A stretch of 64,000 bases of DNA from Lytechinus pictus (lineage: Eukaryota): NCBI RefSeq assembly GCF_037042905.1, contig NC_087245.1:41478001-41542000 (forward strand), written 5' to 3'. A program made the translations under genes and the position numbers. Below the pieces are notes generated by a model that was given only the letters and a program-made list of their open reading frames with translations, ran no database searches and was not told the origin of the DNA. Positions 25,798 through 37,918 of this stretch are shown here, in pieces (positions within the stretch are counted from its first letter, which is position 1; every line of letters starts with the position of its first letter).

Positions 25798-27266
25798 AGC
25801 CACGTAGAAGCGTACACCTTAGACAATTTTTGCAATTTCCTTTTAATTGGTAAAGAGGTTTATGGATATTTAATAATTCAATATCTGTCTTCTAAGAAAG
25901 TGAACCCCCCCTCGCAAAAACAGAAAGATGAATAGTATTATTTTATGAAATTCAGATCCAAGTGAACAAGGGATAGGCTTATGAAAAAAAATTGGTGATG
26001 TTAACTGACTAATTTGCTTTCAGCCAATCAGAAGCAAGGATTTTAAGCAACTTATAACATCAGTCGGAAATGTTCCCCATTGCTAATTAATTCCATTCAA
26101 AAGATGAAAAACTGAAAATGAAACTGATCAATCAGTCCTACCCTTCTTAAATGATCAGAAAGTTTTATTCATAAATCAGGTACCAAAGCAACCCTAGCCT
26201 TGGAAATATTACAGACAAACTTTTTTTTCCATACTGCTCCTTTTGATAAAGGTGCGCCAAACAAGGGGAAGTTTTATCAAGGAGATCCAAACAGGGACCT
26301 TTGAAGATCCTTGGTTTTATGAAGTGATTTGTCAGTTATTTTCACTGCTGCTGATTATAATAATACTACAAGCAGAAGTATTATTCTTATCAGTATTATC
26401 ATCAATGAAAAACTAACAATGTAAGATAAGTTCTTAAGTTGCCCTGACTGAAAAAGCTACAATTCATATCAATCAAATTTTTTTAATATGGCAAGAAGGG
26501 AGGGTGCCTACTACTTTCACCTTAAGTTAAAACAGAATACTTTCCTCAGCACTCGTACTCGGTCATTTATTCATTAAAAAATATTTCTAAACATTGCAGA
26601 CACAAAATATATAGCATTTTTGGGCCTGAACATGTTCTCGTATTGAAATTACAGATATGACTGTGATCTAGTGGGTATAAGAGCACCTATTGATAAAGAG
26701 CTACTAATTGATGACATGAACCTAACGCTTGGGGCACACCTCTGACCAAAGGAAGTAGACTGATACTAGAGAACCTTTTTTCTTATTATCTCTGAAGGGT
26801 AGGATTGCTACCTTGTATTATGAATAAACCTTTCTAATCGGTTTTGAAGGGGAGGACATCTTCATTAAGCGGGGGCATCTTCTTCAGAAGGCTGCATCTG
26901 GGGATCATTAAAGACTTCAGGCATGCCATGTCCTGATAGGTGTTCAAAAAGAACTGAAAAGTCTGGATGGAAATTGCCTTATATACAGAATCATTAATTT
27001 GAAAGGGCAATTTAACTTTGAAATTAAGTTAGTTGAGTTGAGTCTATAGCGTTAACAACTGAATGATTTTCACTTAAATCAGAGACAAAAAGATGAAGTC
27101 ACATCATTCATTATGTTTGAAATCATATTATGAAAAAGTGCTAGTCATGAATTTTCTTTTGTACTTTCCTGTATTAAAAATGAAATTTGAGCTGTACTTT
27201 TCAACAGGTTTATAATTTCCATGCGGCAGATGTCACGTGGATCACAGGTAATTCACAAAGCCACAG

Positions 27267-27509
27267 ATGTGGAAATACCTGTACCTCTATGAAACAATAA
27301 TGTGGAAATACCTGTACCTCTTTGAAACAATAATGTGGAAATACCTGTACAGTACCTCTATGAAACAATTATGTGGAAATACCTGTACCTCTATGAAACT
27401 ATGAAACAATTATGTGGAAATACCTGTACCTATAAGAAACAATAATGTGGAAATACCTGTACCTCTATAAAACAATAATATGGAAATACCTGTACCTCTA
27501 CGAAACAAT
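27267..27509. repeat. 33-bp minisatellite, about 7 units
   Basis: Unit ATGTGGAAATACCTGTACCTCTATGAAACAATA at 27267, 27300, 27333, 27371, 27412, 27445, 27478; two units carry small internal duplications. Confidence 0.95.
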
Positions 27510-27607
27510 GATGGCTTTCACTGTACCCATTTTAAAAATGAGATTTGATTATTTTTACTCCCATGCTAAATTGCATACTATCCCAGGGTCTTGAACCCCA
27601 AACCTAC

Positions 27608-27778
27608 CTGTGAAGCTTGTTATCAGCAAACATGTTCCGATACTGAGGGGCACCATCCTCGGGTCCATGTGGAGATGGGAACGACAGCACCATGGCAACA
27701 GGTAACCGTGGATACGCCCTCTTGGAAAGTTTGAAGAATGCCATGCTGTCATTGGCTATGAGATCTGGGAGGTAGTCT
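27608..27778 (-). CDS. Sulf1: Sulf coding exon 4
   Basis: 171 nt; acceptor ttcccag|A, donor CACAG|gtaggt; translates DYLPDLIANDSMAFFKLSKRAYPRLPVAMVLSFPSPHGPEDGAPQYRNMFADNKLH (PHGPED motif). Confidence 0.95.
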
Positions 27779-28596
27779 CTGGGAACGAAATTGAAGAATC
27801 ACAGTCAGACTTGTGAAAAGAAGTGTAAGAGACCAAATAAAAAAATACATGTATGAGGTGCTTCACTTTCATAGGCACCTTATCAAAAGTCTTCAATGCA
27901 GGAGTTAATCCAACAGCGGCTTTTTGTCGATTATTCCCACACTCATCATACAATAGATAAAACAATGGGAATGCGAGAAAGCCACTGTGAAAAGATGCAT
28001 TACAGCGGGATACCTACTGACAGGACGCCACACCTTTTGGTTGGGTGCCTTCTTTATCATTTCATTGCATTCAGGTGTAACCACACATCCATAACTGATG
28101 CATCAAAACAATGCAACATGTAATTGAATATTACTATGACACCTTTACTATAATGAATGAACAAATTGTAGACCAGGTGTATAGTGCAGAAAGTCAGCCA
28201 AGATAAATTTTTTTCTTGACAAAATAGAATTTAGAAATAATTTTTGTATTAAAAAAATGAAAAAAAGTTGAAGGATATATCAATTATCAAAATATCAAAA
28301 AGAGGGGGAAATTATGAGCAAAAGTTGTGTTCACCCTATTCTGAATGCAGTCAGAATGTAAAGACAAATTCCATTAATTAGGACTAACAAAACATACTCA
28401 ATGCATGCATGCATAAGACATTGGAACGCGCCTGGTTCATTCCATAATCCATTGTTTTTTGTTCTCTGAAAGTTCCGTAATGATCGCCAAAAGTTACAGA
28501 GATCTTACGTCACATTCATGAAAAGCCATGAAATTCCATTCCGACCATATTTCGGCTCATTCACCCTCTGGTCAATGAAATTTATGTTTCATATAC

Positions 28597-28747
28597 CTGT
28601 GATAGTTGAATCCATGTCTCATCAATTGACCGTTCCTACACAGGGTATAGTTATAGAACTTAGAATTCTTGACCAGTCCGACCCACTCAACCCAGCCTGG
28701 TGGAATGTAGTCTCCCCTGTACTCATTCAGATATTTGCCAAAGTACC
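28597..28747 (-). CDS. Sulf1: Sulf coding exon 3
   Basis: 151 nt; acceptor ttttcag|GG, donor CACAG|gtatat; translates [49 protein letters not shown] (Sulf [14 protein letters not shown] motif). Not in the ORF track on this strand. Confidence 0.96.
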
Positions 28748-29767
28748 CTGAAAATGGAGAAAGAAAAACAAAAAGTTATAAATTGATTCACAAGTGAGCA
28801 AATTATATTCATATTCCAATTCCATCTTGAAAATTAGTTAAAAATCAATGGAAAAATAGTGGATGATTGACAGCCTTTCACATTGCTAGAGAGAGTAAAA
28901 GAGCTTCATCAAATAGATTGCTGGACAATTTGAAACGTTTCCTGCATTTTCAGATTTTAGCAATTCATGAATAATTTTATTCATTCACTTATACATTTAT
29001 TCATTCAATGTACATGTCATCGTTTATTTACCTATTTAACATATTTGTTGATTTGTTTTATTCAAACTATATCTATTTCATTTCCCATGGAAAAATGAAT
29101 GCATTCATTTATTTCTATTTCTATCTAATGTTATGAAGAGCACAATAAAGGAGAAGAAACATATGAAACAAAATACCAATTCCATTTATTCCATGATAGT
29201 CATTATAACCCCCAAAATAAAAATAATATAAAAATAATCACTTAGTACTCAACCAGACCTGGGTCAAGAGCATTAAATGTGGATAAATGATCTGTTCCTG
29301 AACATTGATGCCAGGAATCCATTCATCACTGTTATTACACTACACATATAAACATATGAATTGCATTATGACATCCTTGGGATGATTCTTAAACAAAGTT
29401 TTTCTCTTTGTGTGAATGTTTGGTTTTTTCCAGTGTGAATGGGTAATAAATACTCTCCCGGTCTCATCATATTCCTTTCATTGATCCTCTCAGTGACTCG
29501 GTCAACAATCCCTCGATTCACAAAATCATAGCAAGACCCGGTCTTCAATTAGATAGGGGATCGATAAATGTGCCGCAACCAACACTTCTGCAGGGGCTGA
29601 TATGACCTGCAAACCATCATCACTCCCGGCCGGCCAGTGGTATGGGATATGTTAAGGGGATTTCCAAAATATTTGTCTGAATCATGAAAGTGACATCCCA
29701 GTCAAACACTTTTGAAATTGAAGATTTATTCTTTACTATTACAAGAAACAATGTTATACAGGGGGAT

Positions 29768-29955
29768 TAATCTGCAAGCACAGACTCATCATGCACTTGA
29801 ACCAAAACCATGTCTACAATGAAGACTAGACTCATAATACTCTTGTCTGTGTAAAGAGCCAGCCATAGTACATAGTGAATCTAGTCTTACTACTTCAGAC
29901 TCCTCACTATGCACTATGTAAATTGCAAAAACCAAGATTCTGCGCCTGCAGACTA
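29768..29955. mobile_element. Short element with TA(G/A)TCTGCA...TGCAGACTA termini
   Basis: TAATCTGCAAGCACAGACTC / GATTCTGCGCCTGCAGACTA inverted ends. Confidence 0.55.
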
Positions 29956-30559
29956 GGGGGGGGGGGGGGTGGGGATACACAAGGAACTGGTGACTTTGCC
30001 CACAAAATGGCAAAAAATGTTACTGGAAAACTAAAAAGAGCCCCTGAAAATTTACAAAGGATATAATGTAAATGAAAATGTATAACTTAGTACATTCAGG
30101 CTAGTTAGTAACTTGGGGGAAAATAACAATTTTGTATCTTCCATACACAAAGAAACTATTTGAGCTTATTTATAACTACATTCATGGAAGTAGGTCCATG
30201 CTGTAGCAGGAGAGCAAGCAGTTCTTTCAATATTATTTGAAGATATTTCATACAGGATGGTTGAGAGATTGTGAGGAAAACAAGGGTTATCATCACATTG
30301 TCAGCCTGTAGGCATAAAGGAAATCTGCCAAGACCAGATTGGTCAACACGGTTCTTTTGGTTCTTTCGTCACTAGCACTCTTGAATGGGATGGATTGGAT
30401 ATCATAGGAACATTTGTATATTCTTTGTTATCCTTCTGTGTTTCATCCATATCATCCCCCCCCCCCTCTTTCTTTCATACCTTCTATAATATTACCATCC
30501 TAAGACCCGTCTCTGTTCAACTCCACAGTTCCTTTACTCATTCTCCTTCAGCCCCCTGC

Positions 30560-30790
30560 CCCTTTCTCTTTCTTTGAGTTCCCTTTCTCTCTCTTTATCA
30601 AACTACCCCTCTCACTGTTGCTCTATTGATATATACAGTATATATCTTTCTCTCTATCTGTTCTCTATTCACCTATTTATATACTACCTATTTATCTATC
30701 TATCTACCTACCTACCTACCTATCCGTCTACTGTATATCTCTATCTATACCTACCTATCTACCTATCCATCTTTTATATATTCCCTTCTT
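30560..30790. repeat. (CT)n/(TATC)n/(TACC)n microsatellite region
   Basis: Direct inspection. Confidence 0.85.
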
Positions 30791-33700
30791 TAGTCTTCTG
30801 TTGAACTAAGTTATTTTAGTCAAACATCATACTTGTATAATATCATCTATAGTAAAGTTATTAATAGGCAATTGATTTTCATATCCTTTCCCGTTCCTTC
30901 TCTAAAACAATTCTCTTAAACCCTCCTAACCCCTTTATTAATTTCTAAATGATTTCATCCATGATCCGTCCCCTTATCTTCGTATACATGGATTCATCCT
31001 CATGGATACCCATCTACTTTTCCCCCAACTTGGCTTGATAAAGCAATCAACTTCTCAAGGAATCCCACTGCCCACCATCGACAGGGACAGGAATTTTACC
31101 CCGAAGAGATGAAACTTGCGTGATCATCGCCTGTCAAAATTAGGTCATCGAGTGGTACGATTTCGATAGGTGCTCGGAGCTGGTGTACTGCGGTGATGAC
31201 ACCGGTAATAAAGAAAGAAAAGAAGATATATCTAGGGATGATTCTTGTCAGCTTAAAGGAACAAAAATATCTGTATAACCCTAGATCTATGTATTCAGTA
31301 ATTTTCCCTGCTTGTTGTTTTATATCATTTCCTCATTATTTTTTTTCTCCATCTGTAGGCAGAAACATCCCTATAACTCCTTCTTTTATACAAACTGCAT
31401 GTTGGGTTTCCGAGGATATCACAATTTCTTCATCACACTTTCAGTTTCTTGTTTTTTTTTTCCCAAGATGTTAGGTTCAAACCATGGTAGCCACCCATCA
31501 ATTTTCTGTCCGTCATAAAATCAATATCTATTCAAAACGTAACCCAGTAGCATCTGATATGTGTTTTGAAAGGCAATTCTGCGTGCCAAACTCCAGACAT
31601 TAAATAAAAAACGCTTAAACCCAACAGAGACCCCAATCGTGATTCCTCAATGGGCTTTCGTCCAGTTTGGACATGTACTGCAAGACCTTCACTTCTGCAA
31701 ACTGCATGACCTTTACTTCCTGGGTCGAATCAGGGAGTTGGGAGTTCCCTGGTCAAACGAACTGCTCATCAATTCATGGTTGGTGGGCTGGAAACGACGG
31801 AAAAGAACGCTTTTTTCCAAAATAACCTAGTGTTAATTTAGTGTTTACGTTCTGATTTGTAATTCCTGTTTGCGATTCTAGCCTAAGAAATTGGATTCAA
31901 GCATTCTCAGTGGCTTGTATCGAGTCGCCCACAAGACCCTTCACGATACTCCCCCTGCATTCATCACTGTCGCAGACCGAAAGGAAGCATCGGTTACAAA
32001 CTAATCATGAGCAGATATGGGGTTTCCTAATGACTTCATGCCTCATTTTGAACACTCCCAGAGGTGTATGTCACGATGGAAAGGTGGGGTGGAAAGAGGA
32101 CTAGGTATGACTTGAAGATTTTGAGAAAGTTGCAGGTGCTTGAGATTTCGCTGGGGCTAAAGATGTTTGGAATTAGGGGCAGAGGACATAGGTTCTTCCT
32201 TTTATCATTTCAATTCCTTTTATCATTTCAATTTCTTTTTATTTCCCTTTTTTGTCTCTTTCTCCTTCTCTTTGTGTCTTCTTTTCTTTCTTAATCTTCT
32301 TTCTATCTTTGTCTCCTTTCTATACCTCTCCTCCTTATTCTACTTCTTCTCTTCCTCCTCATCTTGCTTTTTCTTCTTCTTCATAATCATCAAAAGGCAC
32401 ATTTGTGTTTAGTGGAAATACATACAGTATACTGTATCTTTCCTCGAGTAAAATTAATAAAACTTGAAAGTTCTCACAGACAAATGGAAGTCCTTAACTT
32501 TCAAAAAAGAAAAGCAAATAATCAAGGTTCATGTTAAACTTGTATACCTAAAAGTGCATAGCAGTTAGAAATTTAGTTCCATGGTTAGTACGTGGGCCAG
32601 CTTGGCCTGCAAGATGGAGGGACTTCCTACCTGACAGCAGAATTCTTAATGGCAAATGGTAGAACCTATTAGAAACATGAACTATGTGACGTATGGATAT
32701 TATTACACAAGCTACTGTTTGATCTGCAAAGCTCAGGGTATTGTAACTGGAACAATGATTTTAGTTCATTTTCACACCTGGGCAAAGGTGCCAACTACAG
32801 TATCTTTAGGATAACTTTCCTCTTCATTCCATATTGGAAACCAAGAATTCTGAGAGAGAAAAAAAAACTTCTGAATGGTTTAATCGATGCCGAGGGCGTC
32901 TTAAAAAGAATGAACCGATACCAACTCATCACTCACCACTCCATCAAGTTCGGAAGCATTGAATCTTTCAAGTCCAAGGGATGTGTCATCCCGGCCCCTT
33001 TCCTTTGTGAAGGACATGGATGAAAAATTATGATCAAAATCACATCCTTCTCCCATCTCTTGTCTTTCTTTGAGGAAATATAATGATCCTTATCACATAC
33101 TATGTGAAACTGACCATTTATGAAGAATTTGTTGTATTTTTTTGGAAGGATATAAGAGGGGTGAATCATTTTCAGAGGGACTATGAATGGTTCCTCCTGT
33201 CCCACCTACTTCCCCCTGGCCAATTATGGCATTGTCTGAAAGAAAGCAGAGGAAATATCACTCAATACCTTCTGCTCAGAGAACCACTAAAAGTGATGTA
33301 AATCACATGAAATGTCCAGAAAAAGAACTGAAATTACCCGTAATCGTCATCTATTCATAATTATCTTAGTGATCTCAGTGACTCAATGTTCGAAATGGTA
33401 TAATTAATGACATACAGTCTATAAGGTCACCTCACAGGCACTTTTAATAGTATACCTCATCATCCTGCATTTTCAAATAAATTCAATTGTTATTGTTATT
33501 TCCGATCAGGCAAATCATCTCGATCAGGACTATCACAAGATTTATTTGTAATAAGGTTGCAATAACTGGGCCCTTTCATGTGATTCCTGTCCAGATGACA
33601 ACTGCAAGTCAACTGAGTTGGTGAATTATCCAGCTAATTTGCAAGAGACAATGCACTATGGTTTTATCAATGCGTAATATATTTCAGATATAATTAAGAT

Positions 33701-33823
33701 CTCAGGCTATGAAACAAGAATCCCATAACACTGAAAATTTCATGAAAAATCGGATGTAAAATGAGAAAGTTATGACATTTAAAATTTTGCTCAATTTCTC
33801 ACAACAGTTATATGCACATCCTG

Positions 33824-33994
33824 GGGGCCGTTTCATAAAGCTGTTCGTAAGTTAAGAGCGACTTTAAGAACGACTGGTGAACCTTTCTTCCACGTTAAAC
33901 CATCACCAATGAATATGCCATTTACCACAATAAAGGATCACCAGTCGTTCTTAAAGTCGCTCTTAACTTACGAACAGCTTTATGAAACACCCAA
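33824..33994. mobile_element. PIF/Harbinger-type foldback MITE (family G)
   Basis: Near-perfect inverted arms of about 55 bp (GTTTCATAAAGCTGTTCGTAAGTTAAGAGCGACTTTAAGAACGACTGGTGA); CTG TSD confirmed by the empty site CACATCCTGGTCGG in the 20367 family A copy. Confidence 0.9.
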
Positions 33995-34012
33995 CTGGTC
34001 GGTATGCAAATG

Positions 34013-34547
34013 TCTAAGAACTCCTACCCAAACTAATTTAAACAAACTGAAATGGGTTCCAATCGAAGATAGATGGAAATATTTTAAATGTAAAATGATA
34101 TTTTCTGTATTCTTTAATCAAAATCCAGCTTATTTGTTAAATATCTTTAAAAAATCTGAAACTGTACATAGTATTTGTACTCGTAGTGCACAAAGCACAG
34201 GTTTGATTTTACCCAAAATTCGAACAGAAATGGGCAAACAAAGTTTTTCATTTGCTGGTGCATTCATTTGGAACAATTTACCAAATTTTTTAAGAAATGC
34301 CCAATCCGAATCCTCATTTAGTCTTTTATTTTGGCGTTATAATAATCTTAATTTATAAACTGGCCCTTATGTGTTGTTCTTTTCTTTACAGTTTGTTCGT
34401 TTCAACTTACATTGTACACTATTTTACCCATGTTTGTTATATGTTTGTATTTTTGTTGTAGGGCCTCCAAGGACAACAGTATACCAATTACTGATGGAGC
34501 CACCCTACTAAAAAAAGACTTATAAATAAATAAATAAATAAATAAAT
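34013..34547 (+). mobile_element. 5'-truncated L2/CR1-group LINE: ORF2 C-terminus, 3' UTR and (TAAA)n tail
   Basis: LKWVPIEDRW...PAYL...TRS...LPKIRTEMGKQSFSFAGAFIWNNLP is the typical C-terminal segment of L2/Crack RT ORFs; stop at 34358; (TAAA)n at about 34523-34546. Confidence 0.85.
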
Positions 34548-35645
34548 TGATGACGTCAACCACTCACTATTTCTTTTGTATTTTATTACATAAAATATGA
34601 AATATTCTTATTTTCTCCTCATCCTGTGAAACAAAGTTTTGTTCCTCCCTGAACATGTAGAGTTACTATTGTTCAAGATTTTATGGTTCACTCAAGTTTG
34701 TCCTTATTGTCATATAGGTAAAAATTGAAATATTGTATAATTCAAACAATAAAAAACAAAAGAAATAGTGAGAGAGGGACTTCATAGACTCTCTCACTTG
34801 CATATCAATGAGTTGTGCATATAACTGTTTTTTTGAAAAATAAGCAAAATTTAAAAATGCCATAACTTTCTTATTTTACATCCAACTTTGATGAAATTTT
34901 CAGTGTTGTGATTTTTCTCTATTTATTCAAATCAACATTTTTTTGGGGGGTAAACTTGACCTTTAACAACAGATCCCTAGTTTGTAGAACAATCAAATAA
35001 CTCAATTTTCATCAAGAGGGGATGCAGACCCTTTAAAAGCCGAGCTCTTCAAAATGTGCAAACTATTGTCATATTGTGATTAGATCATTGGAATATTCAC
35101 TCATGGAAATGCAATCCCATGAGAAAACGGGGGAGTAGTATATCGCCAATCAGAAGATGATAATGTATTCCAAACGTTTGAACTTTTTTTTACAAGAATC
35201 TTTCCTATGGCTTCCTGAGCGATGAGTATTTAGCTTTTAAAGACACATGGTATTAAAGTTTACTGGATGAATCATAACATTCATGGATTTACACATGATA
35301 AAGTTTTGGAAAAAAAAACTTGCACAGAAAATAAACCAATAAAATTACATATGCAAGAAAAACACAATGTCTATTGAGGTTAAATGAATATTACTAATCT
35401 TTTTCATATTACAAATGCCAAAGATGAAAATTTCTGTTTTCAGATTTATAATTAAAACAAACCAACAGCAAAATGAATCACTATTTGGCAATTTCAAGCT
35501 AAATACTTACTAATTCCTTACTTTAATGCTTAATGACAAGGAATATGGAATCACTTTAATCCAGTAGGACCTGTAATGTGTTTTCATTTGCCAATTGGTT
35601 TCATCTAAAGCAATACAAACATAGGCTTTAAAAAAAATTAATTAT

Positions 35646-36040
35646 TCCTGCATTCACACCGCCCCGAAACATACCTTTCGGGATATTAGTTCCTGAAGTT
35701 AGGAGCATGCGCAGTATGGTCTGATAAGCAGGCAAGGCGCGAGATTCAAAATCACTAGCCCAGCAGCCATCCAAGGCCCCCGCACCCAACTACACGCTGA
35801 GCTAAAAGTTCCTGTAAATTGTTTTCACATTGCAAAAATACCTGCAACCTTGGAAAAATCCCCGCGAGAGTTCTCGTAATTTTGACAAGTACCTACTATT
35901 TAGTGGGTATTTTCTTTTAGAGAGATTACGCGTAATTTGCTTTCACATTGCCAATATTACCTGGTATTTTCTGATCGGTGTAAATTTTCCGAGCAGAAAA
36001 CACCTGGAACTGACGAACTTCAAGGCGGTCTGAAACCCCC
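35646..36040. mobile_element. TIR element with TTCACACCGCC termini
   Basis: TTCACACCGCC at the left and GGCGGTCTGAA at the right; interior is GC/CpG-rich, unlike the flanks. Confidence 0.6.
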
Positions 36041-37315
36041 TAGTATCAAACAGTTGGTAGAAAGCTCTAGAGATATTAAAAGCTCAAGGTCATATTATTA
36101 TTAAGGTTAATTCATAGAGTCAGGATTCTTCCCAATTTGGGGAGTTATGCCAGGGATTTGGTATAAAATTTGATTCAGCTTCAAAATTAACGATTGTCTG
36201 TGGGCCTGTTTTTATAGCCAGAACATTCTATTTTGAGAACATTTTTTTAATGAAAATTATGAGTTTTAAATAGTTCTTTCAAGTTCTCTTATTAAAAATC
36301 AATTTCTAAAATTGAATTTATCTTGTAGTTGTAGACATGCTTTACTGCCTTCTTATTATTGACAGTTCCTATATCTTGAAAGAGAAAACTGAAAGTTTTC
36401 ATTTAAGCAAATCAAGAGTGAAAAACACATTTTCTATTTTTATCAATTAAAATCTTCCCCAGATAACTAATATGGTTATCCAAGCAAAAGATGGAAATTT
36501 CCTTCTAATAAAAAAGTATTCCCTTCAGGACTTTAAAAGGGGAACAGTTAAAGAGAAAAATTACTATTCTGAACGATTGCTTAAACTAATCATTCCTACA
36601 CAACGTAAAAACGATAATGAACTAATGAACTAATACATTCACATCTGAGGTAGATGTTAAATCACTAGTACTTTTATCAATAACCTGTTATAAGAGTCGG
36701 TACATCATTGAAGTAATCAATAATTGTAAAAGTTACGTATTAGGGCCTTCATATATTACCTATTTATTTATTCATTCCCACAAGAGGGAGGATTACATTT
36801 TCGGGTAAATTGCAAAATAGTGACTGTGCTGTTGATCCACTCACTACACCCACAATTATAAAAAGCAAGGAGAATCATAATTCTTATTTGATAATGAGCA
36901 TACATACATGTATGTATGCATATATCCCTTTCCAAACAAGAAAGCTCCCACTGATGTAGCCAAAACTTTTTTTTATGATACAAAGGTATTTGTCATATTT
37001 GGAGAACATGATTTAATTTGGCATCTATACATGTAAGCTTTCTGTATGATGGCGTTGCTGGCTTTCCATAGTTGAGACTGATGTAATGATCTAATGATCA
37101 CATTCTCTTTTTTAGGATCATGGTAAAAAAATATAGCCTCTATGGTGTTACATAAAGCTGTTCATAATGTTTTGCTCAACTTTTTGCACAACTGAACCAT
37201 TCAGCTACATTAATTAAATTGAATAAACAAATAAATAAATGATTCTGCAATATTGTTGGATAAAACTTTAATCCAGCAAACAAATTTTTTTGGGGGTGGG
37301 GAGTTTGCACTATCT

Positions 37316-37918
37316 TTAAAGGTCAAGTCCACCCCAGAAAAATGTTGATTTGAATAAAAAGAGAAAAATCAAACTCGCAAAACACTGAAAATTTCATCAA
37401 AATCGGATGTAAAATAAGAAAGTTATGACACTTTAAAGTTTTGCTTATTTTTCACAAAAAGTGATATGAACAACTCAAATGAGAAGTTGATGATGTCCCT
37501 CACTCACTATTTCTTTTGCTTTTTATTGTTTGAATTATACAATATTTCATATTTTATAGATTTGACAATGAGGACCAACTTGACTGAATCATATCGTATT
37601 AAACAATGCTCATTCCACATGTTCAGGGAGGAATTAATTGTTGTTTCACTGACTTGACAATGAGGAGAAAAATATAATATTCCCTATTTCATATAGTAAA
37701 ATACAAAAGAAATAGTGAGTGGATGACGTCAACAGTCTCCTCATTTGCATACCTACCAGGATGTGCATATAACTGTTTTGTGAAATTAAGCAAAACTTTA
37801 AAATGTCATAACTTTCTTATTTTACATCAGATTTTGATGAAATTTTCAGTGTTATGTTTGTCGGATTTTTCTCTTTTGATTCAAATCAACTTTTTGTTGG
37901 GGTGGACTTGTCCTTTAA
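37316..37918 (+). mobile_element. MITE family A, full length
   Basis: TTAA TSDs; same TIRs and orientation as the 955 copy. Confidence 0.9.

Larger units (their letters stand above)
33724..34966 (-). mobile_element. MITE family A copy interrupted by a Harbinger-type MITE and a LINE fragment
   Basis: Family A sequence at 33724-33823, 33998-34012 and 34548-34966, ending ACTTGACCT-TTAA; left end truncated. Confidence 0.85.

Noticed and set aside
27267-27509. CRISPR-like array (33-bp repeats)
   Set aside because: Repeats are head-to-tail with no unique spacers, there are no cas genes, and the context is a eukaryotic intron.
28505-28570. Possible extra mini-exon (ccag|AGGGTG...GTGAC|gtaaga) just after exon 3
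   Set aside because: It would need an intron of only about 30 nt and would interrupt a gap-free Sulf alignment.
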